DNA from: Verrucomicrobiales bacterium
Lineage (GTDB): Bacteria > Verrucomicrobiota > Verrucomicrobiia > Verrucomicrobiales > DEV007
DNA length: 49,170 bases
Assembly (NCBI GenBank): GCA_020852405.1
Contig: JADZAX010000575.1
Span: 1-49,170, forward strand
Direction: 5' to 3'
Shown here: in pieces, positions 29,601-36,078 of the stretch
Layout of the letters: every line of letters starts with the position of its first letter
Position numbering within the stretch: position 1 is the first letter of the stretch
The notes under the pieces: model-generated
Databases searched by the model: none
Seen by the model: the letters and a program-made list of their open reading frames with translations, nothing else
What the model was told of the DNA's origin: nothing
Made by a program: the position numbers and the translations under genes

Positions 29601-30355
29601 GGCAGCAGCAGTGGGGGCACCTGCGTCACCGGTGGTGAGAGAAGGGCTTCTTCATCAGCCTCGCCTAGTCCGGAAACCGTCGCCTCTCCATTCACTGTAC
29701 CGCGAGCTGCCTGAAAATCATCCAAACTCTCAGCAAGGGGTTCAGGAAGAGGAGGAGGACCGGAAGGAGTCCTCATCGAAACAGACTCAACATGGGCACC
29801 AGCAATCCGCTCGACCAAAGGAGGAGGAACCAAAGGAGGAACAACCTGGCCCTTGGTCAGACTTTCGGGCTCATCACGGGGGGAGGAAGCCACCGCCGTA
29901 GGCGCGGTCTCCAGAATAGCCGCCATTCCCGAGCGGATAGGTTCCTTGAGTGGCTCAAAGCCAAAATCTTCAAAACCCGGAGGGGTCAGCACTACTCCTT
30001 CATCTTCGTTTTCGACGACATCAGCAGCAAGCTCCTCTTCTTCAATCGAAGAATTTTTCGGGGTGGCAATCTGCCCATCCAGTGCGGGAGTCAGCCCCCG
30101 CTCGATCTCTTTGCTTTCAAAAGGCGATCCGGGGAGTGTGATCGGACTGACCGTTGCTGAAAGGGCTAGCGCTTCCTCCACCGCGAGTGGCCTGGGCTGG
30201 CGAGAACCCCCTGAACTCTCTACCAAGGGCTCCTCCCACTTTCCTCCAACGAGAGATTTGCGGAGTGCCGCCGAATGCCGGAACCCAAAGGATTCCAACA
30301 CTTTGCCAAACGGCTCAGGCTTGGCAGATCCGGCATTGGGCGTTGGAGGTTCCAT
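26699..30355 (-). CDS. Very large Pro/Ala/Ser-rich low-complexity protein with an internal C4 zinc ribbon and a C-terminal TM segment
   Basis: ORF 26699..30763. I prefer ATG 30355 (MEPPTPNAGSAKPEPF) because codons upstream lie in an AT-rich, promoter-like island. Zinc ribbon CPECQQPLNLRRDNLGVKGSCVWCETP (nt 28127-28198). TM segment GGVVFLVLFVLLFGGASTAGFY near the C-terminus. Alternative start ATG 30475. Confidence 0.7.
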   Translation of the reverse strand: MEPPTPNAGSAKPEPFGKVLESFGFRHSAALRKSLVGGKWEEPLVESSGGSRQPRPLAVEEALALSATVSPITLPGSPFESKEIERGLTPALDGQIATPKNSSIEEEELAADVVENEDEGVVLTPPGFEDFGFEPLKEPIRSGMAAILETAPTAVASSPRDEPESLTKGQVVPPLVPPPLVERIAGAHVESVSMRTPSGPPPLPEPLAESLDDFQAARGTVNGEATVSGLGEADEEALLSPPVTQVPPLLLPAVGNFTPAPQPAIMQESPRLVTVGPEVRFDIANVDDLSWGMVAQRLSPEANSGDFSSPTNSDASSKEDPHPIPVPTGTAFSTPSPELTNVMADIPVPATSEGSTEVPIPAEPGPPPLPADFPMAPSVTSGGPIQLGVPLPLAVNLLGSKEPVISARARPASAQIASPPVPAFPSLPVTVQAPTPVLLTPEAPSPEAPSPEAPTGILPTSPPPMVPSEPTVAAPALKFSPTEPADGTVIPKKLSPLEALLAMPKLSGSGSSQPSGLKMEAPTALFSGKRPALAALPLLNPGIAAPIVTAAPLPPDAESQDQTIVPSSGTWESFTTPPPPAKESAKATSIDQAETVPVPLEPLAAEVPTLPHGDDLLARSQWLASLARHRRPPLTESPQGESAMEDADSASPTEESPFSEFPKASSSPAGAALRGFGETLLTPPAAPGPFLVDEIPAPPAPAETPSAADVPDPQVLDLMCPECQQPLNLRRDNLGVKGSCVWCETPIVAIEDDGEVILQRFFRGGTSLAVPAQPSVPLVVPAPLSLTGQVSQPALSLPIAGMDSSKTEEIQEDFINPWRVKLPNIDGLDDEGNDTHPKVGFLDLVPEGVPQLPDAVAEEAVSGPEPASPVGPISLDAISVSDTQGAPEVTSKWAARFGSVPAASVATPPMGHSGLPKLGMSGEEIARPLPFDLKQMLGASAISPPPAPIAPPVEDPAPAPQTESLPLAGSIPLLKGLPSFGPQSGWGRGFGGNVAASPTPPSKAGSLDDSSQEASSAVPSGGDHQAASVEIPVQKDPWEKALSDWAANVTKISQPAESPDDVEEALEPPQDFPLPGGGLASFKPIPLPAAETSPTIKDEDPGLEPLPILPPVAPPVEEAAPQKTSGAGEDELFAFRPATQEKAPSKRGGVVFLVLFVLLFGGASTAGFYTKDLWMPWVTQQSWWPWKSVAPVEHVEPSAGPPSVPTSAAQPSDLPPVP
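28995..29039. repeat. 3 x 15-bp tandem repeat inside the large Pro-rich CDS
   Basis: Units ggcgcttccggtgaa / ggcgcttctggtgaa / ggcgcttctggcgtt. They encode PEAPS-PEAPS-PEAPT on the minus strand. Confidence 0.9.
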
Positions 30356-30397
30356 GAAAAAATCGTCTGCGTATGAATAGGTCAATAATTTATCATT

Positions 30398-30424
30398 ATT
30401 ATAGCGAATTTTGGCATTATTCAA
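30398..30424 (-). promoter_or_regulatory. Sigma70-like promoter candidate for the large Pro-rich gene
   Basis: The minus strand reads TTGAAT (30424-30419), a 15-nt spacer, then TATAAT (30403-30398), about 40 nt upstream of ATG 30355. It sits inside the most AT-rich stretch of the window. The spacer is shorter than the optimal 17 nt. Confidence 0.35.
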
Positions 30425-30473
30425 ATTGTTTTTGATAACAGGACGGTATATTTCAAGAACCTTGATTGCAGCC

Positions 30474-31304
30474 ATGGCATCATTTCCTTTGCGACTCCTC
30501 CCCCTTTTGTTACTCGCCCTGTCAGGCCGTGCGCCGGACCTTTCCGGCAAAGAAAACAAAAGTGACGGAGTTCTGCCTCCTCTCAGTGAAGCCTCCGCCA
30601 GTCGGATCGGCCAAAAAATTTGGCAGAACGAATGCGCGGGCACCAATGAGGGATTGACGAGTTGGAACAGTGGCGAGGATTTCGCATCGCTCGGGATCGG
30701 ACATTTCATCTGGTCTGTGAAGGGGCGCCGGGGGCCGTTTGAGGAAAGTTTCCCCCAACTCATCGCCTACCTGAAGGATCAGCGTGTGGCCATGCCACAA
30801 TGGCTCGCCAACCAGACCTCCTGCCCTTGGACATCCCGCCAGGGGTTCTTGGCGGAACAGAAAAGCGCCCGCATGATCGAACTGAGGAAATTCCTCGCCA
30901 ATACGGTGTCCCAGCAAACCGCTTTCATTGTGCGCCGCCTTGAAGCCAGCCTGCCCGCCATGATTCGAGTGACACCGGAGGCAGCTTCCCAGAGTCGGCT
31001 TCAGGGCTGCTTCCGGGCCGTCGGCGAAAGCCCCCAAGGCGTTTACGCGCTGATCGACTACGTGAATTTTAAAGGAGAGGGAACCAAAAAGGAAGAACGC
31101 TACCGGGGCCAGGGCTGGGGGCTGCGGGACGTTCTCTTGGAGATGCGGGGCCAACCCCGCGGAGCCGCCGCTGCCAATGAGTTCGGTGAAGCCGCAAAAC
31201 GAGTTCTGAGCCGCCGGGTGGCCAATTCCCCTCCCGAACGGGGCGAGCAACGCTGGCTCCCCGGCTGGCACAACCGTTGCGACACCTACCGGCGTCCGCT
31301 TTGA
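30474..31304 (+). CDS. Secreted hypothetical protein
   Basis: ORF 30411..31304. ATG 30474 gives the signal peptide MASFPLRLLPLLLLALSG. Conserved-looking blocks IWQNECAGTNEGLTSWNSGEDFASLGIGHFIW and YALIDYVNFKGEG. I could not recognise a family. Confidence 0.7.
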   Translation: MASFPLRLLPLLLLALSGRAPDLSGKENKSDGVLPPLSEASASRIGQKIWQNECAGTNEGLTSWNSGEDFASLGIGHFIWSVKGRRGPFEESFPQLIAYLKDQRVAMPQWLANQTSCPWTSRQGFLAEQKSARMIELRKFLANTVSQQTAFIVRRLEASLPAMIRVTPEAASQSRLQGCFRAVGESPQGVYALIDYVNFKGEGTKKEERYRGQGWGLRDVLLEMRGQPRGAAAANEFGEAAKRVLSRRVANSPPERGEQRWLPGWHNRCDTYRRPL

Positions 31305-31309
31305 ACCCC

Positions 31310-31858
31310 ATGGCTGGCTCCGCCCAATCCCCCCCGCAACCTCTTCGTATTCTCGCCATCGACCCGGCATTGCGGAACACCGGATATGCGGTGCTGACAG
31401 TGGATCCCGGGGTTCGAAGGCCGGTCTTCCGCGCCCTAGCCTATGGGGTCATCAGTAACAAGCCCTCCGTGCGCCCGTCCGGCTGCCTCGTCGCCATCCA
31501 TGCGGCTCTGGACGACATCATTACGGAATACAAACCGGAGGAATGCGCCGTCGAGGGAGTCATTTTTGTGCAAAGCTACCGCACTGCCATCACGCTTGGC
31601 GCGGCCCGCGGAGCGGCGATCCTGGCCGCCGCCCGAAACGGGTTGTCAATCTTTGAATACGCGCCCCGCCGCGTCAAACAAGCCATTGTGGGCAAGGGAT
31701 CCGCTGACAAGCAGCAGGTGGCATTCATGATCCGGGCCCTGCTTTCTATGACGGAAACGCCGCCGCCCGATGCCGCAGACGCACTCGCGATTGGTCTGGC
31801 CCATCTTCACGCGAGGGAACGCCCCGGAGGACTGGCCAAGGATATCGTCCCGATCTGA
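31310..31858 (+). CDS. ruvC: Crossover junction endodeoxyribonuclease RuvC
   Basis: ORF 31277..31858, with ATG 31310. RILAIDPALRNTGYAVL (catalytic Asp), ECAVEGVIFVQSYRTAITLGAARG (Glu), YAPRRVKQAIVGKGSADKQQV, and DAADALAIGLAHLH (Asp pair). Confidence 0.92.
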   Translation: MAGSAQSPPQPLRILAIDPALRNTGYAVLTVDPGVRRPVFRALAYGVISNKPSVRPSGCLVAIHAALDDIITEYKPEECAVEGVIFVQSYRTAITLGAARGAAILAAARNGLSIFEYAPRRVKQAIVGKGSADKQQVAFMIRALLSMTETPPPDAADALAIGLAHLHARERPGGLAKDIVPI

Positions 31859-31877
31859 ATCAGGAGGGGATCACCTG

Positions 31878-32117
31878 TCAGGCCGCCTCTTTGCTGTCCT
31901 CGCGGACCGGATCGCGGTCTTCCCGACCCGATTGCATCATCCATGCGTTCCGCTGACGGGCGGCCATACGGCGATAGAGGGCAAAGTTCATCTTTTTGAC
32001 CTCTTCACCACTTCCGGGCATGTCTTCCCATGTCCGTCCATCGCAGGTTCTTTCGTTCCACAGGCACTCGGGACCAAGGAAACTCTCCACTCGGTTGCTT
32101 GAATCTGGTTCACTCAC
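31878..32117 (-). CDS. Small hypothetical protein (weak call)
   Basis: 79-codon ORF whose first codon is GTG. Translation ...GPECLWNERTCDGRTWEDMPGSGEEVKKMNFALYRRMAARQRNAWM. It is the only plausible ORF in a 443-nt gap between ruvC and the next gene. No family recognised. Confidence 0.3.
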   Translation of the reverse strand: MSEPDSSNRVESFLGPECLWNERTCDGRTWEDMPGSGEEVKKMNFALYRRMAARQRNAWMMQSGREDRDPVREDSKEAA

Positions 32118-32301
32118 CCCCTTTGTGACGACCGCCTGGATGAATCCTTACAATCAGCCTGTCAAAACGCCTCAATTGGATGCTCCCCAGAAATTCACGG
32201 CTCCGCGAGACGGTGTTCCCGCGGAAGAAATTCAAAAAAATAATTAATTTTTGCACAAACCCTCCGAGCGGTGCCGCTTCCACTATGAAGATGACACAGC
32301 C

Positions 32302-32880
32302 ATGAATCCGCCAGAAACACCTGCTGATCTCAGAGACCTCGAGAGCAAACTGTCGCACCTGCGTCCTGCGCCGCTGTCGGGTCCCCTGCTGCGTCACCTC
32401 TCGGAATCATTATCAGAAAGCCATTCCACGGTGGAATCACCGATATTGCACCTCGTTGCCCCTGAGTCCGATGCCGCCGGAGATACCGATCGGATCATCT
32501 GGCTCCGCTTTCTTCCCGTGGCCGCTGCCGCCTGTGCCGCCATCGCGGTGCTCCTGGTTTCCCGCGCCACTCCCGAAGACCCTGCCCGCGTCGTGCAGAA
32601 TGCCCCTATTTCCGCGGAATCCCCCGCGGCAACACCATCGCCCGCTCCCCCCGCCACCGCTTCTTGGAACGGAAGCGGTTTCCAGCCGGTCTCGATGCAG
32701 CAACATGTCCAATCCGCCAATGACCATGGAATTTTGGAACTGCGGGACAAAGGCCCGGTTCGCGAGATCCACCTCCAAATTGAAGAGACCCAGCAATGGG
32801 CCGACCCGGAAACCAGCACCCAGATCCGGATTATCCAGCCCCGGCAGGAAATTCTTTACGTCCCCGTCACTCCCCGCTGA
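32302..32880 (+). CDS. Hypothetical single-pass membrane protein (anti-sigma-like topology)
   Basis: ORF 32251..32880, with ATG 32302 (MNPPETPADLRDLESKLSHLRPAPL). TM segment IIWLRFLPVAAAACAAIAVLLV. Preceded by an AT-rich stretch (ttcaaaaaaataattaatttttgcac). No sigma factor gene is adjacent. Confidence 0.55.
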   Translation: MNPPETPADLRDLESKLSHLRPAPLSGPLLRHLSESLSESHSTVESPILHLVAPESDAAGDTDRIIWLRFLPVAAAACAAIAVLLVSRATPEDPARVVQNAPISAESPAATPSPAPPATASWNGSGFQPVSMQQHVQSANDHGILELRDKGPVREIHLQIEETQQWADPETSTQIRIIQPRQEILYVPVTPR

Positions 32881-32900
32881 AACCCCGCCCACCGACCGCC

Positions 32901-34064
32901 ATGAAAACCCGCCTATTATCAGTCATTGCCTGTATCGCCTGGATCGGAGCCCCATTGGCCCTTCCCGCGCAAGCCGCACCACCGGAGCCTCCATCCGCCA
33001 AAAGGCCACCGGCAGAGCAAGACGCCCAACCCGACAAACCACACCCCAAAGATCCTGGAGAAGGGCACGGCAAGCCCAAGGTTGAGCGCCCTGAAGAAAA
33101 ACGGACCTTCCTCGGAGTCGTCATCTCCCCGGTCTCGGAGCCTCTTGCGGATCACTTGGGATTGCCCGAGGGATTCGGTCTCCAGGTCGACCATGTCATG
33201 AAGGACAGTCCGGGAGCACTCGCGGACATTCAAGAACATGACATCCTGACCAAATTCGATGACCAACTCCTGACCACACCCGAGCATCTCGCGCTGCTGG
33301 TGAGGTCCAAAAAAGCCGGCACCAATGTTCAGCTGACTCTGATTCGACGGGGCAAGGAACAGACCGTCGCCACGGTCCTCCAGGAAAAGTCCTTCCCGGT
33401 CGAGGAGCCCCCCGGCCACGGAGGCCCCGGTTGGGGCAAAGCCTATGGATTCGAGCGAATGCCCGAAGAAATCCGCAAGCGCCTTGATGAAGCAGTGCGC
33501 CACATGCCTTGGCAGGGTTTCCCCGGAGGAGAAATGCCGCCCGGATTCAATCCCCCCGGTCGTGGCATCCCTCCCATGAACCGTCCCCGGCCCAATGAGC
33601 CGGAGGCCAAGCAACCCAAAAAACCGGAGCCCCCCCATTCTCCGGAACAACCCGGCAAACCATCAGAGGGCCCCAAACCTCCCCAGTCTCCCGACAAACC
33701 GGCGTCCGCTGACAAACCACCCCAAGTATCGGTGCGTCCCGGCTTCCCGGTGTCTGTTTTCGCCGCGGCCTCCATGGTGCAGATCAACAATCCCGAAGGA
33801 TCGGTTTCCATATCCGCCAAGGATGGCAAGCACAGCATCACGATCAAAAACAAGACGAACGAAACCATCTATGACGGGGACTATGATCCCACCAAAGGTT
33901 CGCAAGGCCTGCCCGAGAAGGCACAGGAAACCTTGAAAGAAATGAAACTGGACGATCTCAAAGTCATCGTGCCCCCCACTCCGGACGGACCTCCGGCCGC
34001 CAAAGGAGAGGGCATTTCCAGTCCCCGCCCTTCCAACCCAAAGCGCTCCACCGAGCTTTTTTAA
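32901..34064 (+). CDS. Secreted PDZ domain protein with a Pro-rich spacer
   Basis: ORF 32796..34064. ATG 32901 gives MKTRLLSVIACIAWIGAPLALPAQA. PDZ region: TFLGVVISPVSEPLADHLGLPEGFGLQVDHVMKDSPGALADIQEHDILTKFDDQLLTTPEHLALLVRSKKAGTNVQLTLIRRGKEQTV. Confidence 0.8.
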   Translation: MKTRLLSVIACIAWIGAPLALPAQAAPPEPPSAKRPPAEQDAQPDKPHPKDPGEGHGKPKVERPEEKRTFLGVVISPVSEPLADHLGLPEGFGLQVDHVMKDSPGALADIQEHDILTKFDDQLLTTPEHLALLVRSKKAGTNVQLTLIRRGKEQTVATVLQEKSFPVEEPPGHGGPGWGKAYGFERMPEEIRKRLDEAVRHMPWQGFPGGEMPPGFNPPGRGIPPMNRPRPNEPEAKQPKKPEPPHSPEQPGKPSEGPKPPQSPDKPASADKPPQVSVRPGFPVSVFAAASMVQINNPEGSVSISAKDGKHSITIKNKTNETIYDGDYDPTKGSQGLPEKAQETLKEMKLDDLKVIVPPTPDGPPAAKGEGISSPRPSNPKRSTELF

Positions 34065-34113
34065 CTTCCCCCCAGAAAGAAGCCCGGATGCCCGACCCCT
34101 GGGTATCCGGCAG

Positions 34114-34158
34114 GAGCCGCAGCCGGCGTACCCTCCGCAGGCTGCGGCTCTATTTTTT
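34114..34158 (+). terminator. Intrinsic terminator after the PDZ gene
   Basis: GAGCCGCAGCC (34114-34124), a 15-nt loop, GGCTGCGGCTC (34140-34150), then TATTTTTT. Confidence 0.6.
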
Positions 34159-34345
34159 GCCACCCGTCATGGCCGGGACCCTGCCCGCCGTCGAGGCTGT
34201 CAGTTCCAAGGAATGAGCCCGGCCTCCGTTCCCCTTGGAAACTCCCTGATCCGGGGAATGAAGATTCCATGAGAATCCTCTGTGAGCTTGGCAAGCGGTA
34301 GGAAGTTCGCTATGATGGCTGCTTTTTCCCCTCCCCAAGACTGAC

Positions 34346-36067
34346 ATGTTTTCAGAAGGCAGCCATCTTCCTCCACCGGTGCATTACTGGCAGGATCACC
34401 GTGGCTTGGGTTCCCCACTGGCGGTCATCAGCCGCCATGTTCGAAAACATTCCCTGCCGCTGCCTGACAGAGCAGTGGCGGAACTCGCGGCCCGCACCGG
34501 ACTCCTCGACTCGACCATCCGGCGGGCCGCTGACTATTACCGATCCATGGCAGCGCGCGAGGACCACCCTCCCCTCATGGTTTGTCAGGGCACCGCCTGC
34601 AGATTGGCGGGCTCAGGCAAACTGCGGGACGCCTTGGAAAAACGCAAGCTGACCTGCCATGGGGTGGCTTGTCTCGGCTACTGTGACGCTGCGCCGGCAC
34701 TGCTCGACGAGCGGGACGCCGCCTACACGGGTGAAGCAGCGTCCGAATTTCATGAGCACCGCGGGTTTTCCCAATCGATCCTGGGTCATCCCCTGCCCCG
34801 GATGGAGTCACTCTCCGCCACCCCTCTGATCCTACCCCGACTGCTTCAAGGAGGCGCCGCCACGCTAAAAGAAGCCCTGTCGATGGGTGTCTATGAGGGG
34901 CTCCGTTCGGCGTTGCAACAACCGGGGCAGGTCATGCTGGATCTGGTGGCCGCGTCCGGCTTGTCAGGAAGCCAAGGCCGGGTCGCCCCGCGATGGCAGA
35001 CCTGCGCGGCCACCGATGCCGTAGACCGCTACGTGATCGGCCATGCTCATGCAGGCACCTCGGGGGCCGTGGTGGACCGGCTCCTCCTTGAGCGTGATCC
35101 CCACTCAGTTTTGGAGGGTCTCGCCCTGGCGGCGCGGGCGGTGGGTGCGAGCCATGGCATCCTTTTCATCCCGGCCGACTATCCGCAGGCGTTGCAGCAA
35201 ACAGAGGCCGCCATCCGGGAGGCGACGGCGGCCAATTTACTCGGTCGGAAAATTCTAAAGAGCCATTGGTCCTTCCAAGTTTCCCTATTCCCCGGGGCCG
35301 CGCGATGCGCGGGAGGAGAAGCGACCGCCTTGATCGACGCCATTGAAACCTTACGGGGACAAGCCCGCCCCCAGCCTCCGGCTCCGGAAGTGGCCGGTCT
35401 CCACCGCCTGCCAACCCTGGTCGAGCCCCTGGAAACGTTGGTCCAGCTGGGCACCCTTGCCAAAGATGGCAGTGCTGCCTGGACAGCGCAGGGAACAGCG
35501 GAATGCCCTGGAACCCGTGTCTTTTGCTTGAACCAGGGATTCGCCCACCCCGGCTTGGTGGAAGTGCCCCATGGACACAACCTCCGCGACCTCATTGAGA
35601 ACTGGGCCGGAGGCGGAGCTATGGGAAGCCCCCTCGAGGCCCTGATACTGGGGGGGCTCGGCGGCAGCCTCCTCGGCCCGGGAGAGTGGGACCTGACGCT
35701 TTGTCCCTCCCGGATGACTGCAAGCGGTTTACGCCTTGGCAATGGTTCCCTCGTAGCGATCGCCCAGACGGCCGACCATCGTGACGTGCTAAGCCATTTT
35801 CTCGAATACATGGATGGGGAATCCTGCGGAAAGTGCACGCCCTGCCGGCTTGGTCCGGCCGGAGTCGTCACCCTTGCGGCGCGCTATGAACGACTCGCGA
35901 GGGTGGATCGCAAACCCAGGGACGCCACTCGGGCCAGGCGCGACCTCGAAACGCTGTTCCATACCATGGAACTGGGAAGTCTCTGTTCTTTTGGTCAAGA
36001 TCTGCCGGGCCCCATGCGCCGGTTCATCGACCTGTTCTGGGACCGTATTTTCACCAAGACGTCCTGA
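34346..36067 (+). CDS. NuoE-NuoF-like fused subunit (formate dehydrogenase beta-type) with divergent flavin/NADH motifs
   Basis: 573 aa with an ATG confirmed at 34346. N-terminal thioredoxin-like 2Fe-2S pattern VCQGTAC...CLGYC. NuoF-like core DRLLLERDPHSVLEGLALAARAVGASHGILFIPADYP. 4Fe-4S ligands ESCGKCTPCRLG ... LCSFGQ. Immediately upstream of the FDH alpha subunit. Confidence 0.85.
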   Translation: MFSEGSHLPPPVHYWQDHRGLGSPLAVISRHVRKHSLPLPDRAVAELAARTGLLDSTIRRAADYYRSMAAREDHPPLMVCQGTACRLAGSGKLRDALEKRKLTCHGVACLGYCDAAPALLDERDAAYTGEAASEFHEHRGFSQSILGHPLPRMESLSATPLILPRLLQGGAATLKEALSMGVYEGLRSALQQPGQVMLDLVAASGLSGSQGRVAPRWQTCAATDAVDRYVIGHAHAGTSGAVVDRLLLERDPHSVLEGLALAARAVGASHGILFIPADYPQALQQTEAAIREATAANLLGRKILKSHWSFQVSLFPGAARCAGGEATALIDAIETLRGQARPQPPAPEVAGLHRLPTLVEPLETLVQLGTLAKDGSAAWTAQGTAECPGTRVFCLNQGFAHPGLVEVPHGHNLRDLIENWAGGGAMGSPLEALILGGLGGSLLGPGEWDLTLCPSRMTASGLRLGNGSLVAIAQTADHRDVLSHFLEYMDGESCGKCTPCRLGPAGVVTLAARYERLARVDRKPRDATRARRDLETLFHTMELGSLCSFGQDLPGPMRRFIDLFWDRIFTKTS

Positions 36068-36078
36068 TCTCTTTCCTC

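Noticed and set aside
31859-32301. 443-nt gap after ruvC: plus-strand ORF 31996..32247, and a possible ECF sigma factor partner for the anti-sigma-like gene at 32302
   Set aside because: The plus-strand ORF is Ser/Pro/Thr-rich without motifs and overlaps the slightly better minus-strand ORF. No sigma-70 region 2/4 motifs appear in any frame. Only the weak GTG-start ORF 31878..32117 was kept, at low confidence.
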